Source: Chloroflexota bacterium
Lineage (GTDB): Bacteria > Chloroflexota > Limnocylindria > Limnocylindrales > CSP1-4
DNA: 44,972 nt
NCBI GenBank assembly: GCA_041691215.1
Contig: JBEPVB010000003.1
Coordinates: 1 to 44,972 of the forward strand
Direction of reading: 5' to 3'
Positions 19,257 to 29,792 of the stretch are shown in pieces. Position numbers and translations under genes: made by a program. The notes beneath the pieces were generated by a model that searched no databases, had not been told where the DNA came from, and saw nothing but the letters and a program-made list of their open reading frames with translations. Position 1 is the first letter of the stretch. Each line of letters opens with the position of its first letter.

Positions 19257-20780
19257 ATGCGACCCACGGTTCGCGTCCTCGACGAGGCGCTCATCCGCCG
19301 GATCCTCGATGAGGCCCTGCGCGTCCTGGCCACGACCGGCATGGAGATCCGGGGCGCCGAGATGCGCCGGCGCCTCCTGGAAGCCGGCCTGCCGATGGAT
19401 GCGCGAGGCGAGCGGGTCCTCTTCCCGCGGGATGTCGTCGAGCGGGCCCTGGCCAGCGCCCCGAGGTCGTTCGTGCTCCACGACCGGGAGGGTTCGCCGC
19501 ACGCCGATCTCGGCGGGGATCGCGTCCATTTCGTGCCCGGCTCGTCGGGCCTCAAGGTCCAGGATCACCGGACGGGCGAGGTCCGCCTGGCGAGCACGAC
19601 CGACTTCGTGGAGTACATCCGCCTCGCCGACGGCCTCCCCAACATCGCCTACCTGGCCACGGCCTTCTCGACGAACGACGACATCGAGGCTAACGTCTCG
19701 GATGCCTGGCGCCTCCGGCTGGCCCTCACGAACTCGAAGAAGCCGATCGTCTCGGGCGCCTTCACCGAGCACGGCGTCGAGCGGATGATCGAGATGCAGC
19801 AGCTCTTCCGTCGCGATCGGGCCGATCTCGTCGCCCGGCCGATGGCGATCTTCACGATCACCGCCAGCGGCAACTTCCGGTACAGCGAGGACTCCTGCCA
19901 GAACCTCATCGACTGCGTCGACGCCGGCATCCCCGTGGAGATCGTACCGGTGACCCTGCAGGGCCTGATCGCACCCGTCACCACGGTCGGAGCTACCGTC
20001 TTCCACACGATCGACGTCCTGGCCGGGATCACGATGGCCCAGGTGATCCGGCCCGGTGCGCCGGTCCTGTTCGGTGGCGCTCCGGCAACGTTCCACATGA
20101 AGATCGCCAGCTCGCCGATGGCCGCCATCGAGGCGCTCCAGCTTGACGTGGCCTACGTCGAGGTGGCCAAGGCGCTGCAGCTGCCCTGCCAGGCCTACAT
20201 GGCCCTCTCGGACGCCAAGGTCCTCGATGCCCAGGCGGGGGCCGAAACGTTCGGCAGCGCCCTCCTCGCCGCCCTCGCCGGCGTCAACAGCGTGTCGGGA
20301 CCGGGGATGCTCGACTTCCTCCTGGTCTTCAGCCTCCCGAAGCTCGTCTTCGACGACGAGGTCTGTGCCCAGGTTCTCCACTTCGTCCGGGAGGTCCGGC
20401 CGAAGGACGATCTGCCGGTCGACGGCATCCTCGACCACCTGCTCGCCGACCAGCACCTGATCATGGCCGAGCACACGACCGCGAACTGGCCTACCTCGCT
20501 CCACCTCCCGAGCCGCGCCTGGGAACGCGACAATCGGGAGAACTGGGCGAAGTCAGGATCGCCGGACACCGCCGCCCGCTGCACGGCCGAGGTCGATCGG
20601 CGCCTCGCGGCCTACCAGCCAATCGACACCGACCCCAGGATCGTCGAGGAGCTGGACCGCATCATCCGGGCCGGCCTTGTCGAGCAGACGGTCCTGCCGC
20701 TCGTGCCGGACGCACCGCCACCGATCGCCCTCGTCGATGCGACCGACAGTCGGCGCCACAACCGTCGACGGGGCGGTTGA
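19257..20780 (+). CDS. Trimethylamine methyltransferase (MttB) family, non-pyrrolysine
   Basis: [35 protein letters not shown]; no in-frame TAG. Confidence 0.9.
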   Translation: MRPTVRVLDEALIRRILDEALRVLATTGMEIRGAEMRRRLLEAGLPMDARGERVLFPRDVVERALASAPRSFVLHDREGSPHADLGGDRVHFVPGSSGLKVQDHRTGEVRLASTTDFVEYIRLADGLPNIAYLATAFSTNDDIEANVSDAWRLRLALTNSKKPIVSGAFTEHGVERMIEMQQLFRRDRADLVARPMAIFTITASGNFRYSEDSCQNLIDCVDAGIPVEIVPVTLQGLIAPVTTVGATVFHTIDVLAGITMAQVIRPGAPVLFGGAPATFHMKIASSPMAAIEALQLDVAYVEVAKALQLPCQAYMALSDAKVLDAQAGAETFGSALLAALAGVNSVSGPGMLDFLLVFSLPKLVFDDEVCAQVLHFVREVRPKDDLPVDGILDHLLADQHLIMAEHTTANWPTSLHLPSRAWERDNRENWAKSGSPDTAARCTAEVDRRLAAYQPIDTDPRIVEELDRIIRAGLVEQTVLPLVPDAPPPIALVDATDSRRHNRRRGG

Positions 20781-20833
20781 AACAAGGGCGACTCACACCG
20801 CGCGTCGCGCCGAAGCAACGACGTCTTGGAGAC

Positions 20834-21244
20834 TCAGCGGGCGCGCATCCGGTTGTTCTTGGCGTCGTGGGTGAGCTCGGCCAGGCCGAGAGCCTCGAGC
20901 AGCGGCGGCAGGTACATCCCGAACCGGCCGCGGTAGCCCTTCCGCAGGCCGTACCAGCCGCCGACAGGATTCGCCTCGCTCCGCCCCCAGGCCTCGACCG
21001 TTCCATCGCCCGCCGCCTTCTGCTCGTCGGCGGCGCCGAGCGACATCCAATCGCCGTGGGCCTTGAGCATGGCGTGGAGATCGTCGATCGCCCGGAGGTC
21101 GTACTTGAGCTGGGTCGACCCGACCTGGCAGACCAGGGTCGGCGGGCTGGCGGTCGTGTCCCGCCACATCTGGTACGAGGACGTCCCCGGCGGCGTGCTC
21201 AGCTGCCAGGGATCCTCACGCGTGCCCGAACCCGTTGCGCCCAT
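20834..21244 (-). CDS. Conserved hypothetical protein (DUF6855-like)
   Basis: GTREDPWQLSTPPGTSSY, NPVGGWYGLRKGYRGRFGMY. Confidence 0.75.
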   Translation of the reverse strand: MGATGSGTREDPWQLSTPPGTSSYQMWRDTTASPPTLVCQVGSTQLKYDLRAIDDLHAMLKAHGDWMSLGAADEQKAAGDGTVEAWGRSEANPVGGWYGLRKGYRGRFGMYLPPLLEALGLAELTHDAKNNRMRAR

Positions 21245-21324
21245 GAGCCGATCCTCCCGTCGCACCCGCTTGGGCGCCTGCGCGCAGTCAACCACCACCG
21301 GCGATGCGGGGCAACCCGCCCGGG

Positions 21325-22209
21325 TCAGCCGCCCAGCCGGGCGGCCAGGACGGCCGGGGATCCGGTGCTCCCCGACGCGGGTTCGAGGCTGATGCCGAAC
21401 GTCGAGCCGGACCCGAGGGAGATCGTCGCCCAGCCGTCCAGGGAGCCGATCCAGTAGCCGGTGCCATCGGCAAAGAACATCCGGCCGACGGGCGATCGCT
21501 TGCCATCGAGCTCGACCCAGCAGCGATAGACGCCGTTGGCGGGCGGCGCCGCCAGGGTCGTGGTCAGGACAACGAGATCGTGGCTCGACCAGACGACCGA
21601 TCCACCTGCGGTCCCGGCCGGGGTTCGGAGCTCGACGATGCGATGCCTCGGATCGCGAACGACGCGGTCGAGGGTCACCGTCACCGCCGCCAGGGCCGCG
21701 GCGTCGGCGGTTGCCCGGTTGATCCGGCCGGCCTGGTCGAGGAGGAGCCCGCCGGCTACCACGACGACGGCCAGGACCGCCGCCAGGGGCAACAGCATCC
21801 GGCTGGTCAGCCGAACGCGGCCAGGGAGCGGGCTCGGCCGCAGCGCGCTGAGATCAGGGCCGGCGCCCGCGGCCGCCGCTTCGGCGGCTGAACGGCCTCC
21901 GACCGGGATCCCCTGGACGGCCATCCGGAGGGCGGCCGGCGCCGCGACTCGATCCTCGAGGGCGAGGTCCTCGAGACGTTGCGGTCCGCCGGGGCCGGCC
22001 AGCGCCTCGGCCACGCTGCCGTGGACGCGCTGCCAGTTGGCGATCTCGGCCCGGCAGGCGGCACAGGTCGTGACATGGGCGGCGAGCGGATCGGCCGGAC
22101 CCGGTGCCGGGGCGCCGTCGAGCTCGCCGGCCAGCTGCCGCAGGGCGGCCGGTTCGAGCGCCAGGTCGGCCAGCTGCTCATGGGCCGCCGAGTGGGAGAG
22201 GGGCGTCAC
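21325..22209 (-). CDS. RskA-like anti-sigma factor
   Basis: HVTTCAAC zinc-binding (ZAS) motif, one TM, C-terminal FGISLEPASGS. Confidence 0.85.
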   Translation of the reverse strand: MTPLSHSAAHEQLADLALEPAALRQLAGELDGAPAPGPADPLAAHVTTCAACRAEIANWQRVHGSVAEALAGPGGPQRLEDLALEDRVAAPAALRMAVQGIPVGGRSAAEAAAAGAGPDLSALRPSPLPGRVRLTSRMLLPLAAVLAVVVVAGGLLLDQAGRINRATADAAALAAVTVTLDRVVRDPRHRIVELRTPAGTAGGSVVWSSHDLVVLTTTLAAPPANGVYRCWVELDGKRSPVGRMFFADGTGYWIGSLDGWATISLGSGSTFGISLEPASGSTGSPAVLAARLGG

Positions 22210-22925
22210 CGTCGATCCACCGGGGGCGCCCCGGACGCCACCCGGGGCGAGCCTGGGCGGAGGTCGGGAACGCCTTCGAGGCGGTCGCGGAGACCCGCCA
22301 GCGCTCGGCGAGTCCGGGACTTCACGGTCCCGATCGGGACCGCGAGCCGGGCGGCGATCTCCGACTGGCTGAGGCCCTTGTCGTAGGCAAGGACGAGGAC
22401 ATCGCGTTCCTCGGGGCGCATCTCGGACAGCGTCGTCACCAGCAGGCTCCGGACCCAGCGGCGATCCGCCTCGCTCGCCGGCTCCTCGCGATCCGCGGCC
22501 ATGAGGGCCCGGCCGGCCCACGCGACCGGGTCGCTCGAATCGGATCCGCCGGCGTCGTCGGCCGGACGGACGATCCTCGGCCTGCGGGCCTCGGCCCGGA
22601 GGCGGTCGATGGCCCGGTTCCGGGCGATGCCGAGCATCCACGCGCCGAGCGAGCCGTGTTCGGGGTTGAACTGGTCCGACCGCCGCCAGACCGCGAGCAT
22701 CGTCTCCTGGACGATATCGGCGGCCGTATCCCGATCGCGAAAGAAGCGGAGGGCCGTCCCGAACAGCATGTCGCCGTAGCGGTCGTAGACCGTCATGAAG
22801 GCGCTGTCGTCGCCGCCGGCGATCCGCATCGCCAGCGCTCGATCATCGTGGGCGGCATGCCCCTCCCCGGGCGCGGCGGCAGGTTCCTCGCGCATGGGGA
22901 CATGGTGAGCCACCGCCTCTGACAT
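22206..22925 (-). CDS. ECF sigma factor (SigK-like)
   Basis: AADIVQETMLAVW, AWMLGIARNRAIDRLR, GLSQSEIAARLAVPIGTVKSR. Confidence 0.93.
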   Translation of the reverse strand: MSEAVAHHVPMREEPAAAPGEGHAAHDDRALAMRIAGGDDSAFMTVYDRYGDMLFGTALRFFRDRDTAADIVQETMLAVWRRSDQFNPEHGSLGAWMLGIARNRAIDRLRAEARRPRIVRPADDAGGSDSSDPVAWAGRALMAADREEPASEADRRWVRSLLVTTLSEMRPEERDVLVLAYDKGLSQSEIAARLAVPIGTVKSRTRRALAGLRDRLEGVPDLRPGSPRVASGAPPVDRR

Positions 22926-23401
22926 GTCGACGCCAGGTCAGCCGGTTCGGCGGGCGGGCCTCGTCATCCGGCCGTGGCAGAACGAGAGGCCGGCGAAGAT
23001 GCTCGACGCCGCAGCGATGGGAACCCAGATGTTCACGTCGACACTACGTGGAATGAGCTGGGTTCGGATCTCGCCGGCGGGTCGATCCCCGGGGCGACCG
23101 ATTCCCTCGCGAGGGGCGATTCTCAAGGATCTCTCAGGCGAGGCGACGAGCCTTCGAGTCAGCCCAAGCGCAGCCTCGACACCCTGGCTCTCCTCCGCCA
23201 GGCTGTCGTGGTGCGCGGCGCGGGCGTCCATACGTGATTCGGACCGCCGACCCGACGGCCGGCGGTCCGATTGGCGGCGACGACGGGTGCCGGTCGTCAG
23301 CCACCTGGAGCGCTCTGAGTGATGGCGGGCCTCCCGGGCGACGGCGCGAGTTCCGGCCGCCCGAATGCGGTCAGCGAGTCACCGTCGTCAAGGGGCTTCT
23401 T

Positions 23402-23803
23402 TCAGGCCGTCTCGCGGCGGAACACCTGGACGATCCAGAGGACGATGGCCTCCAGGATCGTCCAGCCCACGAGCGCGGCGAGGGCGGCGATATCGAGGGT
23501 GGATCCGCCGCTCGTGAGGGCGTTGCTATTGAAGATTCCCTCGAACGGCGCCACGAAGAGCTGGCTCGCGTTCAGGATGAAGGCCACGAGATCGTTGCCT
23601 TCGCGGGCATTGAGGAGCAGGAGCACCAGGCGCAGGACGATCAGGATCTGGATGATCCCGAAGATCAGGACCACCACGCGGCGGGCGACCTCGCCGCCGC
23701 TCGGGCTGACCGCGGTCTGGCGCTCGACCACCGAGGCGGATCGCCCGGTGGCCAGATCTTCGTCCTGTCTTCGGACGACACGTTCTTCGTACGTCATGCC
23801 CAC
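23402..23803 (-). CDS. YggT-family membrane protein
   Basis: LRLVLLLLNAREGNDLVAFILNASQLFVAPFEGIF. Confidence 0.8.
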   Translation of the reverse strand: MGMTYEERVVRRQDEDLATGRSASVVERQTAVSPSGGEVARRVVVLIFGIIQILIVLRLVLLLLNAREGNDLVAFILNASQLFVAPFEGIFNSNALTSGGSTLDIAALAALVGWTILEAIVLWIVQVFRRETA

Positions 23804-24056
23804 ATCCTCCGGTCATACGACCATCCGCCAATCAGGCGAGGCGGCGGGGTCTGCGTCCAGCATCTCGCCGGCGTGCTACAGGACCCCTTCCCAACCACCA
23901 GGCTGGCCTTGCATCGGCGAGTCAGCTGGGCACCCGAACTGGGCTTCCGTGCCGCGCGATCGCGATGCGACACGCCGATGCAATGGACTTGGGGCGCCTG
24001 ATGTCCCAGGTGCGCCTTCGAGCAGGCACGATCTGGATCTGCATGGAGGAACCCGC

Positions 24057-24464
24057 ATGAATGCACCGGCACTTCGCCTCGTCCCATCGGTCGACGAGGT
24101 TCGCGACCGGCTACCGGATATGCCCCACGTGAACCTGCCCAGCTTCCAGGACGTCGGCCGTCAGGCGGACGCGACCGTGGATCGCCTGCGTGGGCGTCCG
24201 GCGCGCCCCGGCTGGCTGGTCCCCCTGCTCGTGGTGGGCGTCGTCGGCGTGGTGGCCGCGATCGCCGCGACGGCCATGACGTGGGCTCGACGCCGGCCGC
24301 GCTGGATCGACGATGACGTCGATGGGCCCGATGGCATCGGCCAGCCGATCGGCTCCGATCCGGGCCTCGATGGCGATCCATCGGGTCTCGGCACCTTCGG
24401 TTCGCCTGGCCTGACCGCCTTCGATGGTGGGCCGTCGGTTGATCGCGAGGCCGGCGACCGCTGA
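24057..24464 (+). CDS. Hypothetical single-TM protein
   Basis: GGAGG RBS; PGWLVPLLVVGVVGVVAAIA TM; acidic Gly/Pro tail. Confidence 0.7.
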   Translation: MNAPALRLVPSVDEVRDRLPDMPHVNLPSFQDVGRQADATVDRLRGRPARPGWLVPLLVVGVVGVVAAIAATAMTWARRRPRWIDDDVDGPDGIGQPIGSDPGLDGDPSGLGTFGSPGLTAFDGGPSVDREAGDR

Positions 24465-24519
24465 GGGCGATGGCGTGCCTGCCGGTCCGCAGGCCCGGAC
24501 CCCATCCCGATCGCATCGC

Positions 24520-24558
24520 TGCAATTGTCCTGTCACGTCGACGCGATCGGGATGCAAC
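24520..24558 (+). promoter_or_regulatory. Four hexamers at 11-bp spacing (OmpR-type box array)
   Basis: TGCAAT 24520, TGTCAC 24531, CGCGAT 24542, TGCAAC 24553. Confidence 0.55.
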
Positions 24559-24635
24559 GCTCGCTTCATTACGCCTGTCCGACGATCCGTTGAGTCAAGT
24601 GAGACCGGGGGTCCAGGTCAACGTGGAGGACGTTC

Positions 24636-24764
24636 GTGAACCGCCCAGAGCTCGCCGACCAGCAAGGGGCACGCAACGTCGAGGATGCCTCGATGCGCGC
24701 CCTCGAGTACATCGTCGGCGGACTGGCCGCGATCGCGGCGCTCCTGTTGGGTCTCGTCCGCTGA
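24636..24764 (+). CDS. 42-aa single-TM microprotein (not in ORF track)
   Basis: GGAGG RBS, GTG start; MNRPELADQQGARNVEDASMRALEYIVGGLAAIAALLLGLVR. Confidence 0.65.
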   Translation: MNRPELADQQGARNVEDASMRALEYIVGGLAAIAALLLGLVR

Positions 24765-24804
24765 CCGAGCCTTGCCCGACGGGCCTGCCCGTCAAGAGGT
24801 CGGC

Positions 24805-25773
24805 TTGACCGTCAGCAGCGTCCTCTTCGACAAGTCCGGGGCCCCGACGAGCGTCGAGGCCGACCGCCGCGTTGCGCGGGCGCTCAAGGCTGATCAGCTC
24901 CTATGGGTCGACATCCTCGGCACCCCGGACGAGCTCCACCACGTCAGTGAAGCGCTCGAGATTCCCGAGATCCTGCGCTCGGACGACGGGACATCCAAGG
25001 TCCCCTCGATGGTGCGGGAGCACGGCTGGATCCGCCTCACCGTCGTCGCCATCCAGAACCCCGGCGAAGGAGCGGCCGCGCGGGATCCCATCGTCACCCC
25101 CGGGTTCCGGATCCTCGCCGGGAAGAACATCGTCATCACCATCCACGACGAAAGGATCGACGCCATCGACGCCCTGGCCGAGCAGTTCCGTGACGAGGCG
25201 GGGCTGGGCGTCCTCGCGGCTGCCGACCTTGTGGCCGGGGTCATCGACGAGGTCCTGACTATCTATCTCCGCCACGTCGAGGTGATCGAGCGCCGCATCG
25301 ACGTCCTCGACGAGCTCGCGATCCGGGGCCGGAGCGTGAAGACCTATCTCGGCGAGGTCGTGGCCCTGCGGCGGCGCATCGCCCTCCTCCGTCGATCCCT
25401 GGCGCCCCATCGAGAAGCCTTCGGTCCGCTTGCCCGGCCCGACTTCGAGGTCGCCGATCTCGGCCGGCCGTGGCCGGGCCTGGTCGAGCGCCTGGAGCGC
25501 ACGACCCAGGCCATCCAGAACGTCCGCGAGCTCCTGATCGGCTCCGTGGAGCTTCATCAGAGCAGCACCGCCGAACGGGCTAACGACGTCATGAAGCGCC
25601 TGACCCTGGTGAACGCAATCCTGCTGCCGGCGATCGTGCTGGCCGGGATCATGGGCATGAACTTCGACGTGCCCTTCTTCCAGAACCCGGCGAACTTCTG
25701 GGTGGTGCTGGGAGCGATGGCTGTGCTCGCGGTGGCGATCGTCCTCGTTGCCCGCGCTCGAGGCTGGACGTAG
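24805..25773 (+). CDS. corA: CorA-family Mg2+/divalent cation transporter
   Basis: ANDVMKRLT...GIMGMNF signature and two C-terminal TMs; TTG start after GAGG. Confidence 0.9.
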   Translation: MTVSSVLFDKSGAPTSVEADRRVARALKADQLLWVDILGTPDELHHVSEALEIPEILRSDDGTSKVPSMVREHGWIRLTVVAIQNPGEGAAARDPIVTPGFRILAGKNIVITIHDERIDAIDALAEQFRDEAGLGVLAAADLVAGVIDEVLTIYLRHVEVIERRIDVLDELAIRGRSVKTYLGEVVALRRRIALLRRSLAPHREAFGPLARPDFEVADLGRPWPGLVERLERTTQAIQNVRELLIGSVELHQSSTAERANDVMKRLTLVNAILLPAIVLAGIMGMNFDVPFFQNPANFWVVLGAMAVLAVAIVLVARARGWT

Positions 25774-25839
25774 GGGGTTCCGGTCCGGACGTTGGAGCGG
25801 GATTCTGCGTGACGGAGCGTGTCAGGGTCGGAGTCGGCC

Positions 25840-28800
25840 CTAGCGGTCCTCGTGCATGACCCGGAGAGAAAACCCGAACTCGGCGCCGCCCTCGGGACGG
25901 TTCGCCGCCCAGACCCGGCCGCCCATGGCGTCAAGGAGCCGGGCACAGACGAAGAGGCCGATGCCCGAGCCGCTGACGTGGGTGGCCGTGGACGGCGACC
26001 GGTAGTAGAGCTCGAAGAGACGACCGGCCTCGTCGGCGGGAAAGCCCGGCCCTTCGTCGAACACTCGTACCTGGACTTCCTCGCCCTCGGTCCGTGCCGC
26101 GAGCCGAATCGTCGCCTTCCGACCGCCGTACTTGACCGCGTTGGCGAGGAGGTTGCGGATGACCTGCTCGACGTACGTCGGATCGCCGGCGACCGGCGGC
26201 AGGCCGCCTTCCACGTCGACCTCGAACTGGCCGTCGGGCCAGCGGCTTTGCTCCGATCGGACGACCGTGGGGATGATCCGCTGCAGAAGGACGGGCTCGC
26301 TCCCGATCTCGAGGGCGCCCTCGCCGAAACGAGTCAGGGCCACGACGTCCTCGACGAGGCGGTGGAGGCGTTCCGCCTCCGCGTGGATGTCGTCGAAGAT
26401 GCCCCGGCGAGCCTCCGGCTCGAGGGCCGACTCGCTCCGGGACAGGACCTTGGCCCCGGCGTAGATGGTCGTGACCGGCGTTCGGAGCTCGTGCGACAGG
26501 ATCCCGACGAAGGCATCCCGGATCGCCTCCCGCTCACGGGCCGCGGTGACGTCCCGGAGGAGGACGATGTGCTCCCCGCCGGGCTGGAGCTCGTCGCCAA
26601 CCCCGTAGTTGCTGATCTCGATCCAGCGCTCCGACGGTGCCCGCAGGCGCAGGGTCGCCGAGGCTCCGGGCATCGCCAGCGCAGACCGGGCATGCCCGTC
26701 CGGATCCTCGAGGCGGGCGAGGACGGACTCCCTGGTCCAGTCGTCGAGGGGCTCGAGCATCGCCCTGGCCGTCGGATTCGCGAGCGTGATCCGGCCCTCC
26801 GCATCCATGACGATGAGGCCCTCGCCGATGGCCCCGATGATCGTGTTCAGCTCGGCCGCCCGAGCGTGCTCGGCCCGGGCAAGCTCCGTCAGGCGCCGCT
26901 CCGTCTCGATGCGCTCGCGGATCTCCCGGCTGATCGCCAGGAGCTGCCGTCCCGCTCCCGGGAGATCCACCATCTGCCACCGAATCTCGACCGGGACGCG
27001 CGTGCCGTCGGGTCGGACCCGAACCACGTCGAGCGCCCGGGTCGCCACTTCGTCGGTCAGGACCGGCTTGACGAACTGGCGGAGCTTGGCGAGGGAGAGG
27101 CCCTCGGTCCAGTCCGGTGTCGTCCTGCCCAGGACCTCCTCACGGACACGGCCGACCTGCTCGAGGAAGGCGTCGTTGGCGTAGGTGACCTGGAGGGTCG
27201 TTGGGCTGACCATCGTGACGCCATCGCGGACCGCATCGAGGATCGTCCGGAAGCTGGCCGCGTCGCGGAAGAGACGCGCGTTCTGGATCGCCGAGGCAGC
27301 CCGGGCCGCCACCTCCCGGGCGAACGGGACGTCGTCCGGTCCGAGAGCGTTGGCCGCTCCAACGGTGGCCATCGTCAGGGCGCCGATCGCTTCGCCGCCG
27401 ACGATCAGCGGGGCGCAGATGATCGACGTGCCGACCAACGATCGAATCGCCGTGGCTTCATCGGCCGAGATCGGCGGCAGATCGGCCAGGGCCTCGTCGA
27501 TCATCTCGGCAGTGATGGTCGTCGCGACCGGGATGCCGGACCGGACGACCCGCGAACCCAGCGATTCCGTTCCGAAGTCGGCAAAGCGCTCTCGCAGGGC
27601 GGCGATCTCGGTCAGGCGGGCCGAATCCGCATGGACCAGGGCAAGGTTCTGGAGCTTGCCGTCCTCACCGAGGAGGTCAACCGCGCTCCAATCGGCGATG
27701 GTCGGGACGGCCAGCCGGGCGACGCTGGCAATCGTTTCCTCGTAGTCGAGCGAGCCCGCCAGGATCGCGCTCGAGTCGGCGAGGAATGACGTCTGGACCT
27801 GCTGGCGATGCCGGGCCGTGATGTCCTCGAAGACGGCGACCCCGGCCACCGGCCGTCCGTCGGGCGCCAGGATCGGGGCGGACTGGGCCGCGATCCAGAC
27901 CTCGCCGCCGTCGGCCCGCCGAACACGAAGCTCCTCTGCCCGCACCGCCTCCCCTGTCCGGATCGTCCTGGCCAGCGGCCACTCCTGGGGCGGGATCGGG
28001 GTGCCGTCGGCCTCGAAGAGCTGCAGGTCCCGACGGCGTCGCTTGAGCGGCAGCTCGGACGTGCCGAGGATGCGCTCGAGCGCCTCGTTGGAGATCATCG
28101 TCCGGCCAGACGGAACGTCAGCCACGACGACGCCGCTGGGAAGGTTGCGGATGATCGCCTCGAATTGGTTGCGCTGGACCTCCAGGTCGGAGAGCAGGAC
28201 CTCTGTCCGTGTCGTCGACGCCTCGGCCGCCCGCCGGGCTGCCTGCTCCGCGGCGTAGAGGCGGGCATTGCCGAGGGCCAGGGCGATTCGCCGGGCAAGC
28301 TCCATTGCATAGACCGCGTCCGCCTCCTCGTAGCGCCGCGAATCGTTGGCCGAGGCGAGGAACAGGACGCCCTCGACACTCCCCCGGGCCACGAGTGGCA
28401 CCGCCATCGCGCTCGAGGTCCCGAGCTCCCGGATCGTCTCCATGAGCCCCGGCCGCGTCGGATCGTCGATCAGGTTCTCGGGCGACACGTTGGCGATCAC
28501 CGGGCGCCGTTCGAGGATCGCCCGGTCGCCTGCCCGACCGGCCCCGGGCTCGACGCTGAAGGCCCGCAGCCGATCCGCCAGCTCGACCTGGGCCGCGTCG
28601 GCGACGGCCACGCCGACCCGCTCGACCGAGCCATCGGCATGGACGAGGTCCAGGGTGGCCCAATCAGCCAGGTGGGGAACGGCCAGGGCCATGGCCTTGG
28701 CAACGGTTCGATCGAGGTCCAGCGCTTCGTCGAGTTCATGGGTCGCGTCGGCGAGCAGGCGGGATCTCGCCTCGCTCACTCGCAGCGCTTCCTCGGTCAG

Positions 28801-29235
28801 CTTCGAGGCGGTAACGTCGTGGGTGATGTTGACCGAGAATTCGGCCCGGCCGTCAGCGTCGAGGAGGGGAACGGCCGAGAGCGAGCTCCAGCCCTCGGCG
28901 CCGTTGGTCCGGTCTCGCCAGCGGAGGACGATCGCCTGCGGGAGGCCGGTCCGGAGGGCTACCCGGGACGGCAGCTCCGCCGAATCGACCCGGCGGCCAA
29001 GCTCGTCGAACATCTCGAACCGGTCGAGCCGGCTCGGCCAGTCCGCGGCCAGGAGCTCGTCGTTCGACGAGCGGCCGGATGCCCGGACTGCCGCCGCGTT
29101 GGCGAACACGATGTTGCCGTCCACGTCCTGGACCGTGATGGGATCGACGACCGCGTCGACAACGCCGGCCAGGCGTTCGATCCGAAAGGCATCCCGGCCG
29201 GGGGCGGCAGATTCGAGATCTCGGAGCGCGCTCAT
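25840..29235 (-). CDS. Soluble multi-PAS/GAF sensor histidine kinase
   Basis: PAS and GAF repeats; LSHELRTP, NLLANAVKY, DEGPG, GSGIGL; no TM seen. Confidence 0.93.
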   Translation of the reverse strand: MSALRDLESAAPGRDAFRIERLAGVVDAVVDPITVQDVDGNIVFANAAAVRASGRSSNDELLAADWPSRLDRFEMFDELGRRVDSAELPSRVALRTGLPQAIVLRWRDRTNGAEGWSSLSAVPLLDADGRAEFSVNITHDVTASKLTEEALRVSEARSRLLADATHELDEALDLDRTVAKAMALAVPHLADWATLDLVHADGSVERVGVAVADAAQVELADRLRAFSVEPGAGRAGDRAILERRPVIANVSPENLIDDPTRPGLMETIRELGTSSAMAVPLVARGSVEGVLFLASANDSRRYEEADAVYAMELARRIALALGNARLYAAEQAARRAAEASTTRTEVLLSDLEVQRNQFEAIIRNLPSGVVVADVPSGRTMISNEALERILGTSELPLKRRRRDLQLFEADGTPIPPQEWPLARTIRTGEAVRAEELRVRRADGGEVWIAAQSAPILAPDGRPVAGVAVFEDITARHRQQVQTSFLADSSAILAGSLDYEETIASVARLAVPTIADWSAVDLLGEDGKLQNLALVHADSARLTEIAALRERFADFGTESLGSRVVRSGIPVATTITAEMIDEALADLPPISADEATAIRSLVGTSIICAPLIVGGEAIGALTMATVGAANALGPDDVPFAREVAARAASAIQNARLFRDAASFRTILDAVRDGVTMVSPTTLQVTYANDAFLEQVGRVREEVLGRTTPDWTEGLSLAKLRQFVKPVLTDEVATRALDVVRVRPDGTRVPVEIRWQMVDLPGAGRQLLAISREIRERIETERRLTELARAEHARAAELNTIIGAIGEGLIVMDAEGRITLANPTARAMLEPLDDWTRESVLARLEDPDGHARSALAMPGASATLRLRAPSERWIEISNYGVGDELQPGGEHIVLLRDVTAAREREAIRDAFVGILSHELRTPVTTIYAGAKVLSRSESALEPEARRGIFDDIHAEAERLHRLVEDVVALTRFGEGALEIGSEPVLLQRIIPTVVRSEQSRWPDGQFEVDVEGGLPPVAGDPTYVEQVIRNLLANAVKYGGRKATIRLAARTEGEEVQVRVFDEGPGFPADEAGRLFELYYRSPSTATHVSGSGIGLFVCARLLDAMGGRVWAANRPEGGAEFGFSLRVMHEDR

Positions 29236-29489
29236 CCCCTCCTCGCGGGCGGTGTCCCACTCGGCATCGTAGCCCAGGCCACCCGGGCGGGGGAACTGGG
29301 AGGCGCCGGAATCCCTGCTTACAGCTTCGTCACAGTTTCGGGGCCGCCGGGAGCGGGAAGCGGCCAGCAAGGACGCGAGGCCGTTGTTACGCACGCCCGA
29401 CCCGCCGTAGTCCCCCCGGCGGGTCGCGGCGTCGACAGTGCAGGACGGGCCGAGGCAGGCCCGAAAACATTGATTGGATGGAGGTTCTC

Positions 29490-29771
29490 ATGAGCCTGAT
29501 CGCGTGGATCGTCCTCGGGGCGATCGCCGGCTATCTCGCCGGCTTCCTCGTTCGCGGCGACGAGGGCATGGGCGTTCTGGGACACATCGTCCTTGGGATC
29601 GTCGGCGCCCTCATCGGCGGCTTCCTGGCCAGCGCCCTGTTTGGCGTTGATGCCATCAACGGCGCCCTGGACGTCAGCTCCATCGTCACGGCCACGATCG
29701 GGGCGATCATCGCGGTCCTCGTCTGGAACGCGGTGACCGCTAGAACCCGCACGGGCCGCGGCGTCGTCTGA
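29490..29771 (+). CDS. GlsB/YeaQ/YmgE-family stress membrane protein
   Basis: IAWIVLGAIAGYLA...IVLGIVGALIGGFL...ATIGAII. Confidence 0.92.
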   Translation: MSLIAWIVLGAIAGYLAGFLVRGDEGMGVLGHIVLGIVGALIGGFLASALFGVDAINGALDVSSIVTATIGAIIAVLVWNAVTARTRTGRGVV

Positions 29772-29792
29772 CGCCGGCAAGTCAGGCAGTCC

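Noticed and set aside
19257-20780. Pyrrolysine recoding in MttB
   Set aside because: The ORF is uninterrupted, with no in-frame TAG
23040-23150. TPP or c-di-AMP riboswitch on the minus strand (CTGAGA, GCGAGGGAA, CCGAACCC words)
   Set aside because: Spacing and other core motifs do not fit; kept only as an unidentified structured region
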